Below, one piece after another: positions 48,058 through 61,697 of a DNA stretch of 64,000 nt. Source of the stretch: Squalus acanthias (lineage: Eukaryota). The notes below the pieces were generated by a model. It saw nothing but the letters and a program-made list of their open reading frames with translations. It did not search any database and was not told where the DNA came from. The translations under genes and the position numbers were made by a program. Positions within the stretch are counted from its first letter, which is position 1. Every line of letters starts with the position of its first letter. Where the stretch lies: NCBI GenBank assembly GCA_030390025.1, contig CM059431.1:122080001-122144000 (forward strand), given 5' to 3'.

Positions 48058-49365
48058 CCACCACCTTCTCAAGGGCAATTAGGAATGGACAATAAATGCT
48101 GGCCTTGCCAGCAGCGCCTACATCACAGGAACGAATGAAAAAAAATATTGTATACAGTCCTGTTATTATAAGAGATATTTTCATATGGGCCATTAAAGTT
48201 AAAAAGCACCAAGGCTATGATCATATGGGATACCAGCATGAAGATGATCATTGCAATGTGATCCCAGTGACAATGCCTGAGTTGTGCTGTGAAGTATGAA
48301 TCGCACTTTGGGTGGCAGGAGAGAGTTCTGTGTATTCATGCTGACACACTTTGTGCAGTGCTTGACTCCTGGCCAGCAAATTATGAATCTTTTGAGAGGC
48401 CAGCAATCTCAAAACATTAAAAACACTGCTTAACTTCATGAAGTGTCCAGGAGACCCAAAACATGCTCTTAGCATATTTTAAGCACAGCTTGACATCACA
48501 CCAGAGCTAAGCTTCACAGCAAAGCAAAAGTGGCAGTATAACTGTTCTAGTATTTAACATTTGAATATTAATATCCAAGGAAACTGCATATGGATAGAAA
48601 TAACTGTTGGCAGTTGTACATTTCGGCATAACATTGGATTCCCACATTACAACCGTCACTGCACTTCACAAAGTATTTCATTGGCTCTAAAGCTCCTGAG
48701 GATGTGAAAGGCACTATATAAATGGAAGCTCTTTCTCTTTCTTTCTTCTTAACATAAATGACACAGTTCAAAGTGGTGAAAAATATATTTTAATTTACTG
48801 ATTGTTTCAATGACCATGGTTCATTTATACAAAGTCACAGTCATCTACAGAAGTTCATGATCATCTGGATATTGTTGCTTCTCACAGAACTTGAAGATTT
48901 ATACATTAGAAATTAATATTTATCTAGATACAGATGATCAAATACACTGCTCTCACTGCATTTATTTTTTAATTTACAAATTTCAAAGTCAAATACTATC
49001 ACTGACCATATCATTATACCACAGATTTGAGACTAGTACCTGTTTAACCAGAAGACTAGAGATATATGAGTCACTCTGGCCAGGGAAACTCAGCACCCAC
49101 GTGCTTGCATTCATGTGCAGAGCTCCATTCACCTGTATCAGAAAAGCAATTAAACTTTAATCTTTCTGAATATCCTGTCAACTCTCTGAAAACATAATAA
49201 AAAACTGAGAAAATTAAGATTAGACATTTCTCCGGTCATGTGGCCCTCAGAACTAGCGCGGAGGTCAGCATGCCCAGTTTGCAGCACTCTCAAAAGTCGT
49301 TGCACGGGCTGTAGTTTAAACTGCTGTGAGTGTGAGACTGCATCCGAAACGTGGTCCCACACTTC

Positions 49366-51960
49366 GGGCTGAATTTTGCCAGCACTCAGCGTGCGGGTTT
49401 GGAGGCGGGTCCGCTGTCAAAATCACAAGATTGACAGGGGGTCGGTATCTTGCTGTAAACCCGCCTCCTTGTCAGTTTCCCAAGTGTCAGGTCTGTCAGC
49501 CCTGAACAGACCCGACACCAAGCGGCGGGCCAGCCAAGTTTGACAGTTAAAAGCTTATTAAAAGGTAGTTAAGAACCGTTTTCCCATGTACTTACCATTT
49601 TCCTAGGTTTTCAATGAGGTTCCTGGAGAGCGGCTATCATGTCAGGTAAGTATGTTGTGTTCTCAATGACTGTGGATTGCTGTGAATAGATGAAAACTGC
49701 AAAAGTGGTATAAAACCTACCATTTCACAGCTGTTCACTTCCCAATCTTAGAAGCTGGAGCATTAATGATTGGAACCCACTTTTGAGCTTTATGCACTTT
49801 TGAAGTTTTTGGAGTAAACTCTCTATCCACTGTCACCTCCCTGGAACAACCTATCTCAATATTGACAGATTAATTCATCAGCATCGGTGCCCTTGAAAAA
49901 AATCTCACCTTAGTCCTCAGAATCCCAACACGATCAGCCCCAACGGGCACACCAGCAGCACCAACATTCACACCAACCTTCTCCGCAATCAACTGCTGCT
50001 GCACAGGACACAGGGCATCAGCACCTGTGCACATTGCTGCCCGGGATGCCAGCGATGGGCTCACCATGTCCAGATTTGCTTCACTTAACACTGTACACCC
50101 TGTCTGTCACATGATGCACCAGGTTGGCACCACCCCACACCAGCACCATAAAGCATCCCTACAATGTCCAAGGCATTCCTTTCACACTCATCACCATTGC
50201 CGGGGGCGGGGGCGGACATCATGGGCTGGATTTTGATACTAGGGACGTGATGGAGGCGGTACTCCCACTTTTTGGGTTGTAGTCCCGCCTCCATCGACTT
50301 GTGGCCAACCCATTGTATTTTCACTTGATTGACCTTGTTGAGCCCGCCCAGCGGGCTTAGCAGGCCAATTAAGGGCACCCGGCAACAGGTGACATCACAG
50401 ATTGACATTTCATCTGTCAAGAGCTTTTGACAGATGAAATATCAGCGTTTGACAGCTCTGTGAAGCTGTCAAACACTGACAATCTGTCCTCTAACTTGAG
50501 TCCTTCCTCTCAGGTTGAGTTAGAAATCAATCCAGCACAGAAAACAAAGGCTGCAGTTTTTGACAGCTCAACCGCCATTCTGTTTTCTGTGCCGGTGAGA
50601 TTTCTGACTCCCGAGACCTGAAGGGCTGACACCTGCAGGAGGAAGTTAAGGTAAGTAAAACTTTTTTCCAAACTTTACACTTACGTTACACACTTACCTC
50701 TGCACACATGCACTCATCACTCACCTGCCCACCGAACATATCAACCCCTCCAACCCCTGCAGACCCAAGGTCCGCATCGCTAACTTGGCGTGGTTCGGAC
50801 CTGTCGGGAAGCCCACATTCCATGCATAAAAATAGGGATTACGCAAAAAACTTCCAGTTAACTACCTGTTAACAGGCAGTTTATTGCCACTAATCCCCTT
50901 CCCGCCTCGGGGAGGCGGGTCCCAGCACAGGTCAGGTACCCTCCTCCAGCGAAACTGGCATGGAGGCGGGTTGGGGGCGGGATGGGTTCGGGACCCCCGA
51001 ATCTGCAACTTTAACCCCCCACACGCCTCTAAACCTGCCTCCACGGGTCAATGAAAATTCTGCCCTATGTCTCACCATTCACTGGAACTCACTAAGACAC
51101 TTTCAAATGTGCACACAAATCTGTCCAAGCAGGCAAAGTGGTGACAATAAGGATTTCAATGCTTGACAACACATTAACAGAAAGTTTACATGAACATTGG
51201 CTAAACACCAAAGTGCCTACCCTTGTGTGTTGTTAGTTGGTATGATTGGACAAGGATGAGGGTGAGTGTAAGGGGTGGCTAGTGCCATGGGGAAGTGATA
51301 ATGTAGATAGAGAGGGATGGCTGGAGGTGCAAGGTAAGTTGGTGTGAGTAAGGATGTACAGGAGTAGGGTAGGGAAGGCAAAGTGATGGAGATGTCATGT
51401 GTGGCACAGGAGGATGAGGTTGAGTGTGGCTTTACAGTAACGTTTTGTGATCTACTGAGATCATTGAAAGGTTTGTGCCACTGCAACCAGGGACTCCTGA
51501 TGACATCCCTGCTATGTCCTCCTGTGCAATGTGCAACCAGGCTGCGTTGGTGTCCTGAGGAGGTCTCTACCGCCCATGGGAAGGGAAGAGAACCTCGCTG
51601 TGTGCTGTGACTCCCTCCTAAACATATGGAGGGAGTCATGCGAGAGCCTGGGTGCAGCCGTGCACCTTTGTGCAGTGCTTGTCAGTGTCTGCAGCACCTC
51701 AATGCTGTGGAACACTGACAACAGAACTGTCAAAATGAATGTGGACATGGCCCCTTTAAGGAAGCCAGCTCCCGACGCGTCATCAATTGACATCATCAGA
51801 CCCGCTTCCTTTTAATTGGCTGGGAACCTTGCAGGGCGTGTTTAACAAGCCCAATCAGGGCAAAATCACTTGGAGGAGGCGAATGAAGACGGGTGCGGAG
51901 TTTGAGGCCACTGTCTGCTCCGGCCGCACCGGAATCGCCATGGTTGGCAAATCACGGCCC
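49366..51960 (-). mobile_element. Non-autonomous Harbinger derivative C with Myb exon-1 remnant
   Basis: TIRs GGGCTGAATTTTGCC / revcomp GGGCCGTGATTTGCC; minus-strand RSPWLQWHKPFNDLSRSQN near 51440-51500; homologous to 59270-61697. Confidence 0.8.
50223..51065 (-). mobile_element. Harbinger MITE family B, copy 2
   Basis: GGGCTGGATTTT / AAAATTCTGCCC ends, cat/tat TSD; empty paralogous site at about 60164 (gttatgtctcacc). Confidence 0.9.
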
Positions 51961-52013
51961 TCTTGTTTAAATGCAATCTGAGCAGCTTCACATCTGAATT
52001 GAACAACACAAAT

Positions 52014-52677
52014 GGCCCAGAATTTGCCAGGATAATAACAGTGAGTTTAATGCACATTCTGTTATTAGTGTGTAAAAATCCCAACAACTTGTGGCGAGGA
52101 AGAGATATGGCGTGATTTACAAATTGCCACAAATTGATGGACAATTTGCACCGCCTGCCATTAGCCTCGTGAAAATGAAAGCTCACCGTCAACCTCCCCA
52201 TGAGTTTCAAAAAATTGCTCTATGTATGCTGTAAAAATGAATTAAACTCTATAACCTCTCTGGCCCAGAAAGGGTCCAATGGAAACTGTAGAGTCTCATT
52301 GCTGCAGGTAATAAATTGTTGCTAGAGTACTTTAAAATTTAATTTTTCTTTTCTTACTTTTCCTTTCTGTCTCTCTTATCGCTCTCTCTTAATCCAATAT
52401 TTCTTTCCCTCTCTTTATTTCTCTTTCTGCATTTAATTTGAATCTAACTCACCCTATTTCCTCCTCCATTGTTCCTCTGTTTCTTTCTTTATCTTTAAAT
52501 TTAATTGGTTAATGAGATAAACTATTGGTCCCATCTTTTCACAAGATCCTCGCAGCGCCATTTTCAACTTGCACTTGCAACAATTTGCAGCACAGTTTTT
52601 GTCAAGCAGAAGGGTGAGGGTAAAATCTATCAAATGGAACATACTGCGAGATGCCCCGCTCCAGCAAATTCTGAGCC
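52014..52677. mobile_element. MITE family D
   Basis: TIRs GGCCCAGAATTTGC / revcomp GGCTCAGAATTTGC, perfect AAT TSD, pyrimidine-rich core. Confidence 0.85.
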
Positions 52678-52754
52678 AATATACCTAAATGTGAAGCTGA
52701 ACCCGCTTTTCACTAACGCAAGTTGTGTAGCACAACTGACGTAAATAAAACACT

Positions 52755-53520
52755 GGCCTGTATTTTCCGATCCCTACGGGTGCGTACGAGCTGTGTATAC
52801 ACCCGTAGGGACCTCGCAAGTGCTGGTTTCAGGCATGCGAAGCGCATGTGCTGAAAACCGGCACATCCGATCTGTCAAGAATCCTCTTGACAGATCACAC
52901 GCCTGCCCTGGAGAAGGGCCTCTGCGGGTGGAGAGTTCCGCTTTCTGCAGAAGCTCCGCCCGCTGAAATCCTTTAAAAATCCTACGCCTGGTAAAAGCAG
53001 GCATAAGGCATGCTTCTCCCAGCATAAGAGTTTAAAAAAGTTAAAAAATCTTTTTTTTCCCCTCATTTATAATTTTAAAATACTTTTTAAAAAGCTAAGT
53101 TTATTTTTAGCCTCGTAAAGACTTTAATTTTTTTTTCAAAAAATTAAATTTTTGTTTAAAATATTTAATTTAATGTAATTGTAACTAATTTTAAAAACGT
53201 GATTTAAAAAAAATGTATTTAATGTTCTGATGTGTTTTTTGAGTGATCTCCATTCATACTTTTGACGGGTCTAAGCTAAGAGACCTGTCAAAAGTATGAA
53301 GGGAGATTCCCTTCTTTCATTGGTTCCCCATGGCCCACGTGATCCCAGAGACACTTGCGAACCGCATGCGCCCTTGGGATACCTGGGCCCTGCGCATTTC
53401 GTAGTGGAGAGACCCAGGAGCGGAAATGTCCGGACCTCCGGAGCCCTCAGGTAAGGACGTAATTTTTTTCCAGATCGGAGGCCTCCGCACGCAGGAAGCC
53501 TCCGATTGAAAATACGGGCC
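52755..53520. mobile_element. MITE family C, copy 2
   Basis: TIRs GGCCTGTATTTTC / revcomp GGCCCGTATTTTC, act/att flanks, AT-rich core. Confidence 0.82.
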
Positions 53521-54133
53521 ATTAGTGTTGGAAGTGTGCAGCATTCATATGGTTTAGAGTTCTGTTTTGTTCTTCTTCATAGAACTAACCATTGCAATTT
53601 CATGGTTTTAGATCTAAAACAACATTGAAAAACATTTTGTTTAAATTTTGAGCAGTAAAGTCAGTGGGGAAATGATTAAAAATATGCCTGAAACAAAAAT
53701 AGCATTACAAAAATATCAAAATCATACAGAGCTTTTCTACAGCCAGCCTGATACCTACACCAGTTAAATATTTATGAATGTACAGCCCAAGATGTGCCAT
53801 ATGTTACCTCCCTGTGCACATAAACACATTAGATCTTTATGGATATGAATTATGTAAAGTGATGATTATATTTTGAAGCTTTGTTATAATGATGATAATA
53901 GCCTCTTGCAGCTTTATTCTCTTTCTCCAGTGTTATGCAAATTTGCAGTAATCGGAAAAGCTATTCTGAAAAGGCTTGCATAAGTGAGTGTTTTGGTCTT
54001 CTCAATGGCTGGTGGCAAAGTACCCTTGTTTCCAATGGAAACTACCATAAATACTGAAAGGAAAGTAACTTAAACAAAGCAACCTGTTTCAATCAGGTTT
54101 GTTATTTTGTAACGCTTCCTTGGTAGTCACGTA

Positions 54134-54997
54134 GGCTGTGATTTTATCGGCACTGAGAGGGTGGGTTTGGAGGTTAAAATCGTTTTGATAGACTATGGGT
54201 CCGATCCTGCCGTCAACCCGCCTCCAAACAATTTTCCCAAGTGTCGGGTCCCCGATTTGCGCATGGACCCGACACCTAGCGGCGGGAAGAGGATTAAAGC
54301 CAATTACTTGCCTATTAACAGGTAGTTGAGAGTAGTTGACAGGCTATTTTTTAATTTTGCCGCTTCTGCCTCAGGCTTCCTGACGTCCAGACACCACACC
54401 AGGTAAGTGTGCTGTGTTCTGAGTCTGCTGTAATGTTACTGCATTGATGACAGCTGCAGAAGTGGTGTGAAGGATCCAATGGTGCACTGGTGAGTCTCAG
54501 AGGTAAGAAAATGTTGGGAAAATCATTTTTAATGCATTTACACAATTCTTTAAGTAACAAGTTTTGAAAACGATGTCTAGTGCCACCTCTTTGCGAGAAC
54601 CTCTCTCACCAGTGACAGATCGCTTCTGTCACCTCACCTGCAGCTGCCATCTGTTCCAGCCTATGGAGGGAGTCACTGGAGAGCCTGGGTGCAAGAGCTC
54701 ACCTTTGTACAGTGATTGTTAGTGTTTGCAGCACCTCAATGCTGTCAAACACTGAGAAATGAGCTGTCAAAAAAAAATTGTGCGTGGTCCCTTTAAGAAA
54801 ACCGGCAGATGATGCGTCATCAAATGACGTCATCTGACCGGCTTCCTCTTAATTGGCCGGCAAGCCCACAGGGTAGGCTTAACAAGGTCAATCAACGTAA
54901 AATCCCATCCATGGGCCGGATGCAGTTTGGGGCGGGACTGGAAGCCGGAAACCACCTGAACCACTCCCAACCCGAATCCATTGACAAAATCGCGGCC
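54134..54997. mobile_element. Harbinger MITE (short deletion derivative related to element C)
   Basis: TIRs GGCTGTGATTTT / revcomp GGCCGCGATTTT; right ~330 bp homologous to 51625-51960. Confidence 0.82.
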
Positions 54998-55069
54998 ATT
55001 GTTTGTCAACACTGTTGAACCATTTTTCTATTTAACTCATTGGGCTAATAAGTGAAAAGTAGAATTCGT

Positions 55070-55841
55070 GCCACACAGTTACCAGGCAATTACCATCTCC
55101 AACAAGAGAGAGTCTAAGCACCACCCCTTGACATTCAATGGCATTACCATCGTCAAATTCCCCCACCATCAATCTTCCTGGGGGTCACCATTGAACAGAA
55201 ACTTAAGTGGACCAGCCACATAAATACTAATGCTGAAAGAGAAGGTCAGAGGCTGGGTATTCTGCGGCAAGTGACTCATTTCCAGACTCTCCAAAGCCTT
55301 TTCCCCATCTACAAGGCATAAGTCAGGACTGTGATGGAATAATCCCCAACTGCCTCGATGAGTGCAGCTCCAACAACACTCAAGAAGCTCAACACCATCC
55401 AGGACAAAGCAGCCCACTTGATCGGCACCCCATCCACCACCTTAAATATTCACTCCCTCCACTACCGGCACAACATGGCTGCAGTATGTACCATCTACAA
55501 GATGCACTGCAGCAAATCGCCAAGGCTTCTTCGACAGCACCTCCCTCATCTGCGACCTCTACCATCTGGAAGGACAAGGGCAGCAGGCGCATGGGAACAC
55601 CACCACCTCCAAGTTCCCCTCGAAGTCACACACCATCCTAAATTGGAAATATATCGCTGTTCCTTCATCATCGCTGGGTCAAAGTCCTGGGACTCCCTGT
55701 GGGAGTACCTTCACCACACGGACTGCAGCGGTTCAAGAAGGTGACTCACCACCACCTTCTCAAGGGCAGTTAGGGTTGGACAATAAATGCTGGCCTTTCC
55801 AGTGACACCCACATCCTGTAAATGAATAAATAAAAAAAAAA
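55070..55841 (+). mobile_element. LINE family X 3' fragment
   Basis: MSAAPTTLKKLNTIQDKAAHLIG; same 3' tail with poly(A). Confidence 0.88.
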
Positions 55842-57167
55842 ATCAGCAATACAAAGGCAATTTGGTATCACTCCTTTGACAATTCTGTCATGAGAGAGAT
55901 ATCAGATAACATCTTTATTACTGAAATGCAGATTGTCTGATAACGCTTCTATGAAGCGCCTTGGGACGTTTTTACTCTGTTAAAGGCACTATATAAATGC
56001 AAGTTGTTGTTATTGCATATGCACTATACAGCATATACTGTGTATGTCAGTTCAGTTACATTTGGTTCTGTTTAGCATAGGAAAATAGAGATAGGAGTAG
56101 GCTATTTAGCTCACTCATTTTGATAAACATGCCATAGATTTAGGGCTAAAGTTTTGGAGATTCTACTCACAGTGTGTGTGGATCTGAGAACTAGCATGCA
56201 GCTCAGCATGCCCAGGGTGCAGCACTCTCAACTTTCTGCTCATTAATATTAAAGGCTGAAATATCAGGAACAGTGTGAATCAAGTTCACGGTCCTCTGCA
56301 TCTGATTCTCTGATCTACATTCCTGTCAGGCGAGACTCCATGTCAGGAATGGAGTCATAGTAAACTGGCCCTTTTATCTTCTCAAAAGTGATCCATTCTC
56401 CATATACCAAGTGTGCCGTGTGCCAGTCCAGGAGTGGCAACTGGCAGGCTCGGACGATTTTAACAGCAGACCCTCAGTAACGTGCCGCTTGCCAACTTCC
56501 CAACCAAAAGGGCCGGGAAGTCGGCGGGAAAAGCTTCCTGGCCGATACAATGAGAGGGCCACCACCAGGGACCTGCAATAATGGTTCCCGGCACAAGGTA
56601 AATGCTTCAGGAGCAGAAAATCGGTCAGCGGAGGGGAGGGGAACACAACTGCTCCTCCTGGCCCAAAAGCTTGCTCGGCCTATTCTAGCCATGTCTCTTG
56701 TTCCAGGCAGCTTTGGTCTGGAGGGGAAGCCATCACTGCTCCCCTGCTCAGGACTCAGATTAACATAGCAAGTCTGGCCCTGATGATGTCATCAAAGCCC
56801 GATCTACATATTTAAAAAGGACCCCGACAGCATCGGGTGGCTGTCCTTCTCACCTGCAGTTTAATTTTGCAGTCAGCCAGATCAGGGCGCAAAAGGAGTG
56901 GGTAAGTCTCCGCCCCATTCTAACTGCACCTCACCTGTTTTCCACCGGGCAGGGCGAGTTAAAGTCAACCCAAGCGAGAATTTTAACTTCCTCCATTCAG
57001 CAGAAATGATCCAGTAGCAGAAATAAAATCGAGGTGGTCAATTTAACGTCCCATACTGGCTCCATTGCCATTTTAACTCTGGCCTTCTGCTGGGCGACCC
57101 AGGCGCCCACCTTAATCAGTCGGAAGCCGCATTAATCTGTATAAATCGGCATTCTATAACATACATC

Positions 57168-58012
57168 AGGGCAGTGTCCTAGGCCCAACCATCATAAGCT
57201 GCTTTATCAATGACCTTCCCTCCATCATTAGGTCAGAAGTGGGGACGTTCGCTGATGATTGCACAGTGTTCAGTTCAATTCGCAAGTCGTCAGATAATGA
57301 AGCAGTCCATGCCTGTATGCAGCAAGACCTGCATGACATTCAGGCTTGGGCTGATAAATGGCAAGTAAAATTTGTACCAAACTATCTCAATGACCATCTC
57401 CAACAAGAGAGAGTCTAACCACCGCCCCTTGATAATCAATAGCATTGTCATCGCTGAATCGCCCATTATCAACTTCCAGGGGGTCACCATTGACCAGAAA
57501 CTTAACTGGACTAGCCACATAAATGCTGTGGCTACAAGAGCAGGTCAGAGACACCATCCAGGACAAAGCAGCCCATTTGATCGGCACCCCATCCACCACC
57601 TTGAACATTCACCCCCTCCAGCACAAAGTGGCTGCAGTGTGTACCATCTACAAGATGCACTGCAGCAACTCACCAAGGCTTCTTCGACAGCACCTCCCAA
57701 ACCCGCGACCTCTACCACCTAGAAGGACAAGGGCAGCAGGCACATGGGAACACCATCACCTACAAGTTCCCCTCCAAGTCACACACCATTCTCACTTGGA
57801 AATATATCGCCGTTCCTTCAGCGTCACTGGGTCAAAATCCTGGAACTTCCTCGCTAACAGCACTGTGGGAGCACCTTCACCACACGGACTGCAGCGGTTC
57901 AAGAAGGCGGCTCATCACCACCTTCTCAAGGGCATTTAGCGATGGGCAATAAATGCTGGCCTTGCCAGCGACGCCCACATCCCAGGAACGAATTAAAAAA
58001 AATATTAAAAAA
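57168..58012 (+). mobile_element. LINE family X 3' fragment (internally deleted) inside a probable MITE (about 56975-58446)
   Basis: cagggcagtgtcctaggccca (QGSVLGP), FADD, DQKLNW, 3' tail + A-run. Confidence 0.88.
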
Positions 58013-58581
58013 ACATAGGTCCCCCAATGCAGTTTGGAGGGCCTGCTGGACAGAGCATGCGCTGAGGATGCTCTGCTCAGTTAAACACAGCGGTCAAAAG
58101 TTAGAAACCCAAAATAAGTTAAGTCGAAAATTACAGTTGTGGCTCCAGGAGGAGTATAAGTGCACCTCCGGGCTGCACAAAAATAACGTGGCCCACTGTC
58201 ACCCCGGGATCCCTACTCGTCGCAATAGACTCCACCATCCCCCCACCCAAAGATCTACCTTCCTGCCGAACGGGTCAGCCTCCGGCCCACCCAATATTGC
58301 ACTGGCCTGAGGCTGGAAAGCAGCAGCAAGACACCCATTCAGGGGGCAAAGCTCACAAGTGGCATGTTACTAAGGTCCCTCAAAATGGACCGATCCTCCC
58401 GCCAAAGGCATCAGGTGGCCGGCCCACCCATAGTTGAAATCTTCCCTCTAGTATTTTGAAGAGTCCACCAAGAATGGGGGCAGGGGTTTAAGGTGCAACC
58501 TGTAGTATAGATTTGGATATTAGTAACCTAAATTTACCGATCTATGGTTCTGAACTCTTCAGTATCAAAATCAGAATGTAG

Positions 58582-58986
58582 TGTAACAGAGTGAGAGAGG
58601 GACGATATGTGAGCCATAGGCTTTTGAGAGCCCCGTATCCGCGATAGGGCGACAGCTTTAAGAAATTGTATAAAATGTCAGAATGACCAAGACAAGGCAG
58701 TATAGCTGTAAGAAACCTTAAAAGACAATGAAGGTCAATCAGGAATGACCCACCGCCTAGAAGGATAAAAGGCAGGGAAAGAGTTCAGTTGGAGGAGAGG
58801 TTGGAGGGAGAAAGCTGAGAGTGAGAAGGTCTATGCTGGAAAGTAGTCCCTGTTACTGTTTTGTTCATCGCTGCATTTGAAGACACAACTGCTGTGGGTG
58901 AATAAACCTCGCTTGTTCTAAACAGCAAGCTCCAGTCTGCATGTTCTATTGACGACTGGGCCCTAGGCCTGCTTCAGCCTGCTACA
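58582..58986 (+). mobile_element. Solo LTR (405 bp)
   Basis: TGTAACAG...CTGCTACA inverted ends, gtag/gtaa TSD, TATA-like gataaaagg near 58764, AATAAA at 58901. Confidence 0.8.
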
Positions 58987-59269
58987 GTAATAATTCTGAT
59001 ACTCTGCACTACTGTAAAAACAAATGAAAATGCTAACTTATCGTTATAAGTAGAACTGTATATTTATATATATAAATATGTAAAGACAAAATTGAGACTA
59101 CACTGCAAAGCTGAGAAAGAATAGATTAGTGGCAGATAATTATAGCTACGCGGCATTTGGTATTTTTAAGTCTCAATTCATTTCTGCACTGCAACTGATG
59201 TTATGAACTGTATGGCTCACTGAACAGTTGATATCAAAACAATTACTGGAAAACAGAAGCTGAAACAAT

Positions 59270-61697
59270 GGACGGAATTTTCTGGGGGGGTCAGCAGGTG
59301 GGACCGGTGGCAGGTCAGGTGGGAAATTTGATTTTTTTGGCAGCAGGTCGGGACCCCACTGTCAACCTGCCGCAACGCACCTTTCCCAATGGCACGCGTG
59401 AGATCTCCAATCCGACCTGACCCACAGAGGCAGCTGACCCAATTAAACCAATTATTGGGTTGTTGACAGACCCTTAATAATGCTTTTAACCTTACCTTTT
59501 AAATTTAACTGCTCACCCACAGGGTCCACACTGCTCGGGCAGCACGTCTGTCAACCTGAGGCGTGAGTTCAATTGCCATTGCTCCAGCTGATTACTTGAC
59601 AGCTACAAATGTACAGTAAAAGCTCCCACCTGACAGATCATCACTTCCCTCAGCCACAAGTTGTTTCTCAGTCCATTTCCAGCACAGATTCTGCAGGTTT
59701 TCCACTTTCCTCTCTCCATCCACTCTTACCTCATTGGAAGAACTCTCTCACCATTAACAGAATGCTTCTGTCATCTCTACTTCACCTGCCATCTATTTCA
59801 TCAACATGGGTGCCCTTTATACTGTCTGACCTTGGGCCTCAGAATCCGACCACGATGAGCCCCAACACAAGCAGCACCAGGCACACAAGCAGCACCAGGC
59901 ACACCAGCAGCACCAACAACAACATCAATCTTCTCTGCAATCACCTGATGCTGCACAGGACAGAGGGCATCAGCACCGGAGCACATTGCTGCCCGGGACG
60001 CCAGGAATGGCCTCACCATGCCGAGATTTACTTCACTTGACACTGTACACCCTGGTTGCCTCATGATGTGCCAGGTTGGCACCACCCCACACCAACACCA
60101 TAAAGCATCCCTACAATGTCCAAGGCATTCCTTTCATACTCACCACCATTGTGGGGGGTACCGTTATGTCTCACCATTCACTGCAACTCACTGAGCCACA
60201 TCCAAAGGTGCACACAAATCTGCCCAAGAACAGAAAGTGTTGAAAATAAAGGTTTCAATTTTTTGCCAGCACATTAACAGAAACTTTACATGAACATTGG
60301 GTAAAACACCAAAGTAGGCTACCATTGTGTGTTGTTAGTCGGTATGATTGCACTCGGATGAGGGTCAGTGTGAGGGGTGGCTAGTGAGATGGGGATATGA
60401 AAACATAACCCGACCAATTACCGCCCCATCAGTCTACTCTCAATCATCAGTAAAGTGATGGAAGGTGTCATTGACAGTGCTATCAAGCAAAACTTACTCA
60501 CCAATAACCTGCTCACTGATGCCCAGTTTGGGTTCCACCTCAGAAGTGCCAGGCAATGACTATCTCCAACAAGCGAGAGTCTAACCAACTCCCCTTGAAA
60601 TTCAACGGCATTACCATCGCCGAATCCGAAACCAGCAATATCCTGGGGGTCACCATAAACCAGAAACTTAACTGGACCAGCCACATAAATACTGTGGCAA
60701 CAAGAGCAGGTCAGAGGGTAGGTATTCTGCGGCGAGTGTCTCACCTCCTGACTCCCCAAAGCCTTTCCACCATCTACAAGGCACAAGTAAGGAGTGCGAT
60801 GGAATACTCTCCACTTGTCTGGATGAGTGCAGCTCCAACAACACTCAATAAGCTCGACACCATCCAGGACAAAGCAACCCACTTGATTGGCACCCCATCC
60901 ACCACCTTAAACATTCACTCCCTTCACCACTGGCGCACCGTGGCTGCAGTGTGTACCATCTACAAGATGCACTACAGCAACTCGCCAAGGCTTCTTCAGC
61001 AGCACCTTCCAAACCCGCGACCTCTTCCACCTAGAAGGACAAGGGCAGCAGGCGCAGAGGAACACCACCATTTCCAAGTTCCCCTCCAAGTCACACACCA
61101 TCCTGACTTAGAAGTATATCGCCGATTCTTCATCGTCGCTGTGTCAAAATCCTGGAACTCCTCCCTAACAGCACTATGGGAGTACCATCACCACACGGAC
61201 TGCAGCGGTTCAAGAAGGTGGCTCACCACCACCTTCTCAAGGGCAACTAGGGATGGGCAAGAGATGCTGGCCTTGCCAGCGACGCCCAGATCCCATAAAC
61301 GATTAAAAATAAACATAGATAGAGAGGGATGGGTGGAGATGCAAGGTAAGTCGGTGTGAGTAAGGATGTGCAGGGGTAGGGTAGGGAAGGTAGAGTGATG
61401 GGGATGTGATGAGAGGCACAGCAGGATGAGGTTGAGTGTGGCTTTGTACTAACGTTTCATGATCTAATGAGATCATTGACAGGTTTGCACCACTGCTGCC
61501 TGGTCCTGCTGACCACATCACTGCTTGTGCCCTCCTGTACAATGTGCAACCATGCTGTTTTGTTCTCCTGGGGTGGTCTCTTCCACCCACTGGAAGGGAA
61601 GAGGACCTCCCTGCGTGCTCTAACTCCCTCCATAAGCATATGGAGGGAGTCATGGGAGAACCTGGGTGCAGCCCTGCACCTCTGTGCAGTGATTGTC
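59270..61697 (-). mobile_element. Non-autonomous Harbinger derivative D (paralogue of C), interrupted by LINE X and Harbinger E
   Basis: Colinear similarity with 49900-51680; minus-strand RTRQQWCKPVNDLIRS; 18-bp tandem repeats (cacaagcagcaccaggca) at about 59866-59915. Confidence 0.78.
60408..61310 (+). mobile_element. LINE family X fragment
   Basis: NYRPISL start, internal deletion near 60542, 3' tail; AAACATA TSD (60401-60407, 61311-61317). Confidence 0.9.

Larger units (their letters stand above)
36977..48145 (+). mobile_element. APE-RT LINE of a second family (CR1/L2 group, here family X), about 2.9 kb net, split by three solo LTRs
   Basis: NIWGL..PDIVILTES, EPTRRENQLDLIL, KGPDNI..APLAKLF, NYRPISL, AFDRVWH, GVPRGSVLGP, FVDD, IYKAQVRSLMEY; 3' tail aagggcaattagg..ataaatgctggccttgccagc + poly(A). 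Confidence 0.88.
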
